Positions 47,818-56,702 of a stretch of DNA of 56,702 nucleotides are shown here, one piece after another. Under the pieces are notes generated by a model. It searched no databases, was not told the DNA's origin, and was given only the letters and a program-made list of their open reading frames with translations. The stretch covers positions 1 through 56,702 of the forward strand of contig JBHLRP010000020.1 of NCBI GenBank assembly GCA_048882485.1, given 5' to 3'. The position numbers and the translations under genes are program-made. The stretch is from Candidatus Thorarchaeota archaeon (GTDB taxonomy: Archaea > Asgardarchaeota > Thorarchaeia > Thorarchaeales > Thorarchaeaceae). How positions within the stretch are numbered: position 1 is the first letter of the stretch; each line of letters starts with the position of its first letter.

Positions 47818-49167
47818 CTACATCACCAGCTCGCCACGCGCTTTCGCATCTCTGACTAGAACCGCTTTTCTCTTCCTTCGGTCAATTGTCCATTTCCATG
47901 TACCGGTTGCGATTGCAGTCAATAGAACTAGACCAGACAGCCCCAGAAGCGTATACCAGCCAAATGGGAAATGTACTAGGAAATCTGGAAGAGGTCCAGA
48001 TACAAAATAGGGCCAGTTCACCACAACTCCAAATGCATAAAGAAAGCCTACTATTGTTAGCTCTTTTAGATAGCCAATTCTGTGTTCGTCTTTTTCGAAG
48101 AGGAATATTGCAGGACCAAGCCAGAAGAGATACCAGGGCATCTCCCATCTGAAAACAAAAAGGATTGCTGGAAGCATGTAGATATAGAGGGGTTTCAGAA
48201 GGTTGATTTTTCCTAACAAGGAAGCATTTCGGAAGGCCTCGCGCTCTGGGAGGTAGAGTCGAATCGTGAATAGCATGAAACTAGCATATATCAGAACCGG
48301 GATTAGCGCAGGCGGCCAGAGATAGCTCCCAACAACAGTACTGTTCTCGACAATCGGGGAGTTTGTGAATAGACCCGGATACATCGGATTCACTATATAG
48401 GAACTATAGGTGGACGTATTCAGAAAGTGATTCAACAGCGAGCTGAAATCAACACTTAGAAACAGGAACGGTATGATTGTGAGCGCCATGGATACAAGGA
48501 ACCAGATGAGTGACACAGGAGCTGCAAGAAACAATATTGGGAGAGCAACCACGGAATAAATCTTGGTCTGGACTGAGAGACCTAGCGCAAACATACCTTT
48601 CCCATATTGCTTCTCCTGGAGAAGAACTAGTGACATGAGAAAGAGGCAGTCTACAATAGGCTCTAGTTTACCCCCACCTGCAGACATAATCAGTCCATAA
48701 ACATAGTAACCCGCGAAGAAGAAACGTGCCCAATTGTCCTTGAAGATACGGTCGCCTAGAAGGATTGCAACTAGAACTAGATTCAGATTGAACACGAGTG
48801 TCAGTATGAAGTTTAGCCACACTGGCTGTAAGCCTCCCTGCCCGGGGAATAGCCACGTAGCTATTGAGAAGAAAATCAGACCAAACACAGGATACTCGTA
48901 GGTTATGTTGCCTAGGTAGTCGGGAAGCACATGGTTGCCATCATTGTATCCCCATTCTGGAGGAAGGGCTGCCGCAAGCTCATGGTCGTTCATCTCGTAG
49001 ACTTCGAACCCGTATATCCAGAATGCCTCTCCGTACATCTCATTCCGATTGCGGTCACGCTCTATGACCAACGTGTTGGCAAAGGGGATTGCAATCATAG
49101 AGATAATCAAGCTCAGTGCAAGCTCTCTTCGGAATCTCCAGATTGTGATTGAGATTGCGCGGAGCAT
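47818..49167 (-). CDS. Polytopic GT-C-fold (GT87/PIG-M-like) membrane glycosyltransferase candidate
   Basis: YEYP motif after a luminal loop, TKIY, PWY, about 10 TMs. Confidence 0.6.
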   Translation of the reverse strand: MLRAISITIWRFRRELALSLIISMIAIPFANTLVIERDRNRNEMYGEAFWIYGFEVYEMNDHELAAALPPEWGYNDGNHVLPDYLGNITYEYPVFGLIFFSIATWLFPGQGGLQPVWLNFILTLVFNLNLVLVAILLGDRIFKDNWARFFFAGYYVYGLIMSAGGGKLEPIVDCLFLMSLVLLQEKQYGKGMFALGLSVQTKIYSVVALPILFLAAPVSLIWFLVSMALTIIPFLFLSVDFSSLLNHFLNTSTYSSYIVNPMYPGLFTNSPIVENSTVVGSYLWPPALIPVLIYASFMLFTIRLYLPEREAFRNASLLGKINLLKPLYIYMLPAILFVFRWEMPWYLFWLGPAIFLFEKDEHRIGYLKELTIVGFLYAFGVVVNWPYFVSGPLPDFLVHFPFGWYTLLGLSGLVLLTAIATGTWKWTIDRRKRKAVLVRDAKARGELVM

Positions 49168-49287
49168 TTTCGGTTTCACCAGAATCCATAGTTGCGGGCT
49201 ACGATGGCCCGCTTCCCGATGTCCATAATTAAGGTTTTGTGAGCAGAGCGCAATCCTGTCATATATAATGACTAGCAATACAAGCTG

Positions 49288-51240
49288 TCAATTCAGGTAG
49301 GTTGGGCAAGGCCATGTGTCACACCTGAGACAGTTTGTGCACCTTTCAGAATCTACTGAAATCTTCTCATCATCAAGATTCAATGCATTATGGTCACACT
49401 GAGGGACACAGGATCCACATGCCTGACAAAAGAGCGCACGTTTCACCGTACGTTCCACTTTCTTGGCCAGAACCTCAACCTCAGACTCATCATTCCCACG
49501 AAGGACCAAGGATCCAGAGCTAAACAGGGTGATTGTATTGTCACCAGATCTTGCCCTGAGTGCACCGAGCTCTTCAGAAACCCTAGTTGTTCCAAAGATA
49601 GGCATCAGTTTCGAGATTCGATTTAAATCGACTCCTTCTGAGAATTGCCCCTCCAAGCTATATCCAGAATCTGTACATGGAGAAACTCCCTGTACTACTT
49701 CTAGCTCGAGGCGGTCAGCAGGTCCTGGACGAACGCCTTCAATGTCTAGCTCAAGTTCCTCTATCAACTTCAATTGACCTGGGGGAAGACTCTTCCATCT
49801 CCAGAAGCCAAGCTCAGCCCATTCCTGAGAATAGCCAAGCTTTTTGGCCCAATCGCCAATTGTCCCTTTCCATCTCACGTAGAGATCTGGATGAGTTTCG
49901 CGAAGACTCTCAATCTCGGCAAGGGGTGATGCAGGACAGAGGTAGCAACCCATTCTATGGTAGCCCTTATTGTACATAGGGTTGAACGGCTCTTCTTCTC
50001 TGAATATATAGAGCCAAACCTCCAATGCGTTCCACCTCTGAATCGGGCTTGCTGATGTTTGTCCAGGAACCCAAGGATTTGATGAAACTCTTGGCTCCTG
50101 TGAACGCTGAAAAGACTCGAGTTTTCTCTGACCCATAAAGCTCAGTGTATCGCCACCAATCTCCTCGCTGATTGCTATCGCAGCAGGACCAAGCTTGAGA
50201 ACTTTGCAGCACCAACGGAAATCCCTTGCGGGGGGTCCAAAGGTTTCTATTGACTCCCAAAATTGCTCACCAGCTTCCTGAGTCACCACTATAGCCTGAT
50301 GTCTGTCCGCAAAGCCATTCAGATACTCTATTGTTTCGGGAAGCTCAAGACCGGTGTCCATAAAGAACAGAGGAGGACTCTGATTCAGAGCCTTTTTCAC
50401 GAGAAGATATGTGACCAGAGAGTCCTTGCCCCCACTGAACCCTACAACCACAGGTAAATGGTACTTCTCAATGGTCCGTCTTATGAACGAAATTGCCTCG
50501 ATTTCTATTGCGTCAATGTCATTGGAACTAGATCGTACAGCATCGTCCCAAGAAGCCGTTGTGTGATTGATTAATGGCTGTCTTGGATCGTCCACGTCAC
50601 GGATTTTGACTGCGAAGCCTTTCGACTCACTGGCCATCTCCGCGCCGCTCATTCTTGCAATTCCAACACCTATCACGGCCCCATTAGGATCAGATATCCA
50701 AACTTCATCACCAACCTCAATGGCTGAGTCGCACCCAGCCACTCCTGGAAGCATCAGATTAGCACCGTTCTTCAGATACTGCAGGACTCCCTCATGGCAT
50801 GAAACCCATTTCTGCTTGCCATGTTGTGCGATTCTTCGGGCTCCTTCCAGCGAGAGAAGGAAGGTGTAGTTCCTCTGAGGGATATCATAACGATGCCGAC
50901 CGATAATATAGCCGTCCACAACATACTCAAACATTGCATCTAGTGAGGAAACTTTGTTGATCACTATGGTCTTGTCTGCTGGCAAGACTTTCTGGCCTAC
51001 TCCTTCGCCAAACTGTTTGTCAATAGTAGATATTGCAGACCGTAAATGCCCCTCCATCGCGGGATATGGATCTCCAGGTGGTGATATCTCCACTTTCCTT
51101 GGCTCTTGACCGCAGACTCCACAACTGGTTTCAGCTGGTTTTGGCACATTGCACTCATCACACCAGTATAGCCTGATTTTGGTAAGGAATGGTGCGTGAG
51201 ACCTTCTGAACTTTCTACGGCCTTGTTTCTTTCGAGCCAG
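49288..51240 (-). CDS. PAPS reductase-family protein with N-terminal zinc ribbon, PUA and C-terminal 4Fe-4S domains (probable CTG start)
   Basis: YWCDECNVP upstream of the tracked start; FSGGKDS, RWCC, RMGCYLCP, ferredoxin CxxCxxCxxxC. Confidence 0.88.
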   Translation of the reverse strand: MARKKQGRRKFRRSHAPFLTKIRLYWCDECNVPKPAETSCGVCGQEPRKVEISPPGDPYPAMEGHLRSAISTIDKQFGEGVGQKVLPADKTIVINKVSSLDAMFEYVVDGYIIGRHRYDIPQRNYTFLLSLEGARRIAQHGKQKWVSCHEGVLQYLKNGANLMLPGVAGCDSAIEVGDEVWISDPNGAVIGVGIARMSGAEMASESKGFAVKIRDVDDPRQPLINHTTASWDDAVRSSSNDIDAIEIEAISFIRRTIEKYHLPVVVGFSGGKDSLVTYLLVKKALNQSPPLFFMDTGLELPETIEYLNGFADRHQAIVVTQEAGEQFWESIETFGPPARDFRWCCKVLKLGPAAIAISEEIGGDTLSFMGQRKLESFQRSQEPRVSSNPWVPGQTSASPIQRWNALEVWLYIFREEEPFNPMYNKGYHRMGCYLCPASPLAEIESLRETHPDLYVRWKGTIGDWAKKLGYSQEWAELGFWRWKSLPPGQLKLIEELELDIEGVRPGPADRLELEVVQGVSPCTDSGYSLEGQFSEGVDLNRISKLMPIFGTTRVSEELGALRARSGDNTITLFSSGSLVLRGNDESEVEVLAKKVERTVKRALFCQACGSCVPQCDHNALNLDDEKISVDSERCTNCLRCDTWPCPTYLN

Positions 51241-51271
51241 TTGCAGTCAACTCCACTTTCTGGTGCTGCAG

Positions 51272-53062
51272 CTAGACATCCATTTTCAGCTTTTTGATGC
51301 GGTCTTTGGTGGGTCGACCCTCTTCATCCCAGCCCCTAAGGGAATAGTATTCGGTAAGCATTGTATCCAGATGAACTACGCGATCTCTGGAGTTACCCTC
51401 TGGAAGTGGGCTGAAGAATCGAGGAGGCAATTGATCATCTTTGGTTGTTAGGCCTTCACGATTGTTGAACAAGCGCTCTAGAGTATAGATACGTTCGCCA
51501 ATTTCAAGAATGTCTCGTCCACTTACTTGGAGGCCCGTGCCGGCAGCAAGGAATTCTGCGTAATCATCAACTGTCCAAGCAAAGTTTGTGAAACGACAGA
51601 GAACCATTGAGTCCATCACAGCAGAGAGGTTCTGATAGAGAATGACAAGATCAGCTTTCCCTCTTGGACTGTCTCGGTCAACCCTGACCGGACTCCCGAG
51701 AATCTCAGGGCCAATTAGGTATGACCGCAGGTGACAGCCGCCTCTATTGGACGTGGCATAGCCGAGGGCATGACCTTGAGCTCCCCGAGGATCATAGGCA
51801 GGAAGCTCCAGACCCTTTGCGTGCATTGCTAACTCTGGAGCGCCGTGTTTCTCTGCAAACGCTCGACTCCCTTCTCCTAGTTCAGCTCCAAGACCGCGGG
51901 CGTGTCCCATGTCACGTATTAGTTCAATGAGACCCTCTGTTTCTCCAAACCTCAGGGATGCATCAATCTTGCCTCTCTGCGCGAGTTCCATGGCACATCC
52001 TATAGTAGCACCAACCGAAATCGTGTCAAGTCCAAGTAGGTTACATTCATGATTGGCCAGGGTGATCCATTCTAGGTCGTTTATTCCACACTGGGGTCCA
52101 AAAGCCCAGATGGTTTCGTACTCTGGACCGCCAACCTCCTGATCGCCCACCCGGCTTATCCGGCCGCATCCAATTGGACATCCATAGCAGTTGTACCTTC
52201 CAACTAGCAGTCTCTCAATGAGTTTCTCCCCAGAAACTCCCACTGCATCATTGAAAGTCCCTTCCTGGAAATTATGTGTGGGTAGCATGCCGAACTCATT
52301 GGTCACATTAACAAGGACTGATGTCCCATAGATAGGAAGCGACTTGTTCGTCACGGCGTTCTTTTTGATAAGCCGTCTTGCCCGCTTGACAGCCTCAGTC
52401 AGTCTGTCTTTATCATCTACTCCAACGCTTCCAGTGCCTTTCACAACAATGGCCTTCAGGTTCTTCGAGCCCATCACGGCACCTACTCCACCACGACCTG
52501 CAGCTCTATGCTTGTCCGTCATGATGGCGGCCAGATTGACTTTGCTCTCTCCTCCTTGGCCAATACATGCCACCTGTGCCTTAGAATCGGTTTCTTCTAG
52601 AAGCATGTCTGTGGTTTTATACACATCTTTACCCCATACCTTCGAGGCATCACGGATTTCCACCTGCTCGTCGTTTATCCAGAGATATACTGGTTTGGTG
52701 GCGGCTCCTTCGAAGATAATGGCGGCATAGCCTGCGCGACGGAGCTGTGCACCTATATAGCCTCCAACATTCGAGTCGAATATTGTACCAGTGAGAGGAG
52801 ACTTCGTAATTACCTCAAGTCTGCCTGCAGTAGGAACAGGCATTGCTGTGAGAGGCCCAATAGCGAACACAAGGAGGTTCTCAGGGGAGAGTGCGTCTAC
52901 TCCAGGGGATAGCGTGTCGTAGAGAATCTTCACGCCTAAACCTCTGCCTCCAAGATAGTTTCGATACAAGTCTTCTGGAATTGACTCAGTGGCAATCTTT
53001 GACTCCGAAAGGGACACTCGAAGAATCTTGGCATGAATATATGATGTGGGTGAATCTGACAT
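51272..53062 (-). CDS. aor: Tungsten aldehyde:ferredoxin oxidoreductase
   Basis: KSPLTG, GRGGVGAVMGSKNLKA, CYGCPIGC, GPEYET, LGLDTIS. Confidence 0.95.
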   Translation of the reverse strand: MSDSPTSYIHAKILRVSLSESKIATESIPEDLYRNYLGGRGLGVKILYDTLSPGVDALSPENLLVFAIGPLTAMPVPTAGRLEVITKSPLTGTIFDSNVGGYIGAQLRRAGYAAIIFEGAATKPVYLWINDEQVEIRDASKVWGKDVYKTTDMLLEETDSKAQVACIGQGGESKVNLAAIMTDKHRAAGRGGVGAVMGSKNLKAIVVKGTGSVGVDDKDRLTEAVKRARRLIKKNAVTNKSLPIYGTSVLVNVTNEFGMLPTHNFQEGTFNDAVGVSGEKLIERLLVGRYNCYGCPIGCGRISRVGDQEVGGPEYETIWAFGPQCGINDLEWITLANHECNLLGLDTISVGATIGCAMELAQRGKIDASLRFGETEGLIELIRDMGHARGLGAELGEGSRAFAEKHGAPELAMHAKGLELPAYDPRGAQGHALGYATSNRGGCHLRSYLIGPEILGSPVRVDRDSPRGKADLVILYQNLSAVMDSMVLCRFTNFAWTVDDYAEFLAAGTGLQVSGRDILEIGERIYTLERLFNNREGLTTKDDQLPPRFFSPLPEGNSRDRVVHLDTMLTEYYSLRGWDEEGRPTKDRIKKLKMDV

Positions 53063-53074
53063 CAGTCATTCCTC

Positions 53075-53896
53075 CTAGTCATTGAATACATTTGACGCCT
53101 TGTCCGGACACACCAAGCAACGCTCCTTGTACCAGACGTAGACCTCCTTTGGTTGTTTAGCAAGGTTGGCGTGACGACTGGGACAGTCCCAGCATGGTCT
53201 GTCTTCCTGCATCCAGCTGTCGCTATACTGAGCCCATCGGAAATCTTCAACAATAGCGACACCGGCACTGGTTCCTAATCTGTCCGCACCTGCATCAAGC
53301 ATCTTAATCGCGTCTTTGAAGCTGCGAATACCCCCTGCAGCTTTTATGCCCATATTCTTGCCTACAGTTTCTCGCATCAACCTTACATCATATGGAGTCG
53401 CACCCATAGGACCAAAGCCAGTAGAGGTCTTCACAAAGTCAGCCCCAGCCTCTTTTGACAAAAGACAGCCTTTCCGTTTTTGATCATCGGTCAGTAGGCC
53501 GGTTTCAAGTATCACCTTGGTGTGCGCATCACCAGATGCGGATACAACCGCCTCAATGTCACTACGGACAAAATCATAGTTCTCATCTCTCAGAGCCCCA
53601 ACATTCACGACCATGTCTACTTCATGAGCACCTGCAAGAACGGTTTCTTTGGTTTCGAAAGCTTTGGTTTCAGATGTATTGGCGCCAAGTGGAAATCCAA
53701 CTACGACGCATACTTTCACATCTGAATCCTTCAAAAGCTCTGCAGCATAGGCGACGTGAACAGGATTGATACAAACAGCCGCGAAATTGTAAGTGAGAGC
53801 CTCTTCACAGAGTTGGAGAATCTTGCTCCTCTTTGTTTCGGCCTTTAGAACAGTATGATCAATAGTCTTTGCCAGCGCCTCGACTGTTAGCTCCAT
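53075..53896 (-). CDS. deoC: Deoxyribose-phosphate aldolase with Cys-rich C-terminal extension
   Basis: IDHT, GFPLG, KVILET, FVKTSTG, KAAGGIR, RLGTS. Confidence 0.95.
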   Translation of the reverse strand: MELTVEALAKTIDHTVLKAETKRSKILQLCEEALTYNFAAVCINPVHVAYAAELLKDSDVKVCVVVGFPLGANTSETKAFETKETVLAGAHEVDMVVNVGALRDENYDFVRSDIEAVVSASGDAHTKVILETGLLTDDQKRKGCLLSKEAGADFVKTSTGFGPMGATPYDVRLMRETVGKNMGIKAAGGIRSFKDAIKMLDAGADRLGTSAGVAIVEDFRWAQYSDSWMQEDRPCWDCPSRHANLAKQPKEVYVWYKERCLVCPDKASNVFND

Positions 53897-53959
53897 AATA
53901 GTGCCACCAGACGCGGAATGCACTGTCGGGGGCTATTAACTCTTCCATAAGCCAGTAAA

Positions 53960-54298
53960 CTAACGTGTGCCGAGATATGACTTAATGTCATCCAAGACTT
54001 CTTTCTGTAACCGAATAACGTCGTGGACCTCTATCTCCTCAGCCTCTTTCACGACTGAGTTCAGCTGTACTACAGTCCCAACGGTTTCTACCTTTGCGAA
54101 GTCTACAGGAAACTCTACTTCTGCACCTTTCACGATTAGTTCTGAGCGGGTAGGATTCAGTCCAATCCTAATGCTGCGGACTATCCCAATCCTTCGTGCT
54201 CTACTGTCTAGGACTTCCTTACCCAATAGTCGGCCGGGCATGCTTAGTTCATATAGCTCAGCTTCGATACTAGGCATTGGCTCACTAGTTGTCATCAC
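53960..54298 (-). CDS. PRC-barrel domain protein
   Basis: LLGKEVLDSRARRIGIV..VETVGTVVQL. Confidence 0.75.
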   Translation of the reverse strand: MMTTSEPMPSIEAELYELSMPGRLLGKEVLDSRARRIGIVRSIRIGLNPTRSELIVKGAEVEFPVDFAKVETVGTVVQLNSVVKEAEEIEVHDVIRLQKEVLDDIKSYLGTR

Positions 54299-54500
54299 GT
54301 CTGGCTCCTATTCTTCCTCTGGTTGCAGGAGTCTTTTTAGACCTAGTATTATCAAGAGGCAGTCATTTTACCAAACCGCAGAATCCTGTAAGAAGCGATC
54401 TACATTGACGATTATCAGCCAAGTGTTATTTCATCCATCATACAAGACTACTCAATGCAAACATCAGCACTGTTTGAGTGTCGAATAAACATCTGTCTTC

Positions 54501-55781
54501 TCAAATGAACATCACGAAGAGCGCGATATAGATTGAGCAGAGTATAATCTGAATGATGTTCACCATTACCGCATTGAGAAGAAACTGGCGCCATGACATT
54601 TCTGATTTATCAAAGCTTATCATCGACAAAATTAGCAATGGCACTGCTCCAAACGGTGTTGCCACACCACCTAGAGCCGCCCCGAATCCTACACCCCAAA
54701 ATAGTGGATCTCGTATACCAGTAGGCCAGTTCATAACCGTGGCCATATCAACGACAAGGGGAGCGAACACCGTTGCTATGGGTGGTCCACCAATAATGAA
54801 GGTTCCAGCCCAAGCTCCCAAGAGTAACATCAAAGATGCAGGAATTAGTTGTCCGCCGCTTGCTGAAATAATGGCGTCTGAAATAACGCTCAGAATTCCG
54901 ACAAGTTCCAATGCTCCTGACAGAATGAAGAGCCCACCGATGAAAAAGATGATGTCCCATTCTATATCGCGAAGACTTGTCCGGGGTTCAGAGTGACTGA
55001 CAGTCATGAAAACAGTCATCCCCCCAAGAGCAACAACATACGGCTGAGGGAATAGGACAAAGGCAACAATTAGCAGAACAAACAATCCTGCGTATACCCA
55101 AAACAGTCGGCGATTTGGCACCATCATCCAAGGGTCCAAATCCATCAAACGATCATATGCCCTTGGGTCAACAACAGTCAGCTGACCACGAATTATGTAG
55201 TAAACAGCTACTAGTGATACTGCAATCACTAGTAGTGCAAATATCCCGAAACGTGTCAGGTAATAATCGAATCCGAATCCTGCGTAATCGGCAATGATGA
55301 TATTTGGTGTAGTGCCAATCAAAGTGAACGCACCGCCAGCACCAACTGCTAACATTTCTCCAAGGAAGAATCCATGCGGCTTAATCTCGAGTGCATAGCA
55401 TGTTAGAATCACTAGATAACCCATAATCAATATTACAACTGAATTCAGCAACACGGTTGATAAAACAGCAGTCAGTAAGAAGAAGATTACAAATAGCTTC
55501 TTTGGATTCCCTCGTGTCAACCGGACAAAATATACTGCAAGAAACTGAAAGACGCCTGCCCCACGCATTACCTCAGCAACTATTGTCATTCCGGCAATGA
55601 CAAGAATCGGCTCTAAACGTATCATAGCCAAGATTTCTTGATCTGAAAACCCATTCATGATAAGAGCGATTGATGCTAATACGGCCCCGAATAATGCAGC
55701 TGATGTATGATGAATCACCCGTGCTGCAATTAGCAACACGGTAAGGAGGAAGATTATCAGAATCAGCAGCCATAGCTCCAC
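54501..55781 (-). CDS. ArsB/NhaD (SLC13/CitMHS-like) permease
   Basis: GGAFTLIGTTPNIII, IEWDIIFFIGGLF, GAALGGVATPFGA. Confidence 0.88.
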   Translation of the reverse strand: MELWLLILIIFLLTVLLIAARVIHHTSAALFGAVLASIALIMNGFSDQEILAMIRLEPILVIAGMTIVAEVMRGAGVFQFLAVYFVRLTRGNPKKLFVIFFLLTAVLSTVLLNSVVILIMGYLVILTCYALEIKPHGFFLGEMLAVGAGGAFTLIGTTPNIIIADYAGFGFDYYLTRFGIFALLVIAVSLVAVYYIIRGQLTVVDPRAYDRLMDLDPWMMVPNRRLFWVYAGLFVLLIVAFVLFPQPYVVALGGMTVFMTVSHSEPRTSLRDIEWDIIFFIGGLFILSGALELVGILSVISDAIISASGGQLIPASLMLLLGAWAGTFIIGGPPIATVFAPLVVDMATVMNWPTGIRDPLFWGVGFGAALGGVATPFGAVPLLILSMISFDKSEMSWRQFLLNAVMVNIIQIILCSIYIALFVMFI

Positions 55782-55974
55782 CGTGGTTCACATACATCAA
55801 TTATTTAGTTCTATGAGCAAGATTTGAGCTATTCAAATTTGTCTTCTTGATGCTTGTATTCATCAGACTACCTTTCTCTGTGAGTATATCGATGAGTAGA
55901 AAACCATAGGAGTCTTTTTACATTGAGTACTAGCACTGTAAGTCAGAAACAATCTATTCCATGGAGCTTTGGTG

Positions 55975-56702
55975 TTGGATAGGAACGAAACCTACGTGAA
56001 TGGATCAATGATACGAAAAGATAGTGTTGATTATCGAGCGTATCAGGTCAATCTTGCTGAGGTCGCTGCCAGAGAAAGTACGATGGTAGTTCTTAGCACG
56101 GGATTGGGAAAGACCGTGATTGCAGCGTTAGTGGCTGCAGCACGTCTGACTCAAAATCCAAAATCAAAGGTCCTGTTTCTGGCACCTTCTCGACCTCTTG
56201 TGGATCAACAGGCTCGGTATCTAAGGAGGGTTCTGGATATCGATGCTGAACATGTAGTATGCATGACTGGACATGACTCCCCTGAGAACAGGCGCTCAAT
56301 GTGGAGTGAGGCTAGAGTCTTCGTAATGACTCCGCAGGCTCTGCAAAATGATCTGGTGCAGAGGAGCTATGGGCTCCAAGAGGTTTCTCTGATTGTATAC
56401 GATGAGGCCCATAGGGGTGTGGGTAACTACGCATACACCTTCGTTGCGGAGCTATATGAGAAACAAGGAAAAGACCAACTGTCCCTTGGTCTCACTGCAT
56501 CTCCAGGCCACAAGGCAGACCATATCAGGACGGTCTGCAAGAATCTCCGTCTTGGTCGTGTTGAGGTTCGTACTGAGAAGAGCCCAGATGTACGTGAATA
56601 TATTGTTTCCATTGATACTGACATTAGATATGTCAGATTACCGTCTGAGGTAGAGGTCCTAAAGGACATTCTCTATGGCCTGCTCGACGAATACAAGAAG
56701 CC
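55975..56702 (+). CDS. hef: Hef/FANCM-like DEAH helicase (3' truncated by window)
   Basis: RAYQ Q-motif, STGLGKT, DEAHR, GLTASPG. Confidence 0.92.
   Translation, partial: MDRNETYVNGSMIRKDSVDYRAYQVNLAEVAARESTMVVLSTGLGKTVIAALVAAARLTQNPKSKVLFLAPSRPLVDQQARYLRRVLDIDAEHVVCMTGHDSPENRRSMWSEARVFVMTPQALQNDLVQRSYGLQEVSLIVYDEAHRGVGNYAYTFVAELYEKQGKDQLSLGLTASPGHKADHIRTVCKNLRLGRVEVRTEKSPDVREYIVSIDTDIRYVRLPSEVEVLKDILYGLLDEYKK

Noticed and set aside
53967-54488. 173-aa plus-strand ORF and the many other antisense ORFs in the track
   Set aside because: They are shadows of well-supported genes on the opposite strand.

Overview
Gene-dense archaeal chromosome segment, most likely from an Asgard archaeon (Thorarchaeia-like). 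This assignment is an inference from the ribophorin-I-like protein, RPA32-like protein, 22-aa LRR proteins, archaeal ribosomal/translation genes and encoded-CCA tRNAs. Core blocks: argF-pfkB-ftsZ-secE-spt5-uL11-uL1-uL10-P1; gcvPA/PB-MoaD-mtaB; nmd3-aIF1A-rio1-dim2-top6B-top6A; fen1-RPA2-aIF2beta; EF1beta-cdc48-ribL; deoC-aor-PAPS reductase family; hef (partial). There are four tRNAs: Arg-TCT (with a D-loop BHB intron), Thr-CGT, Leu-GAG and Gln-TTG. Most notable: (1) the tRNA-Leu 3' end occurs three times and delimits two tiny single-gene cassettes with no integrase, an integron-like tRNA-anchored array; (2) a ~3.9 kb LRR island is bracketed by two argF 3' ends that are identical in protein but heavily diverged at synonymous sites; (3) a G-rich, highly structured ~210 nt element follows a phage-like small ORF; (4) a ribophorin-I homologue is fused to a DOMON domain carrying an inserted FKBP domain and lies divergent from the GlcNAc-1-P transferase; (5) Spt5 carries an inserted CCHC zinc finger; (6) DeoC has a Cys-rich tail and is linked to AOR; (7) several genes appear to need ACG/CTG starts. 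All calls are from motif recognition by eye; no searches were run.
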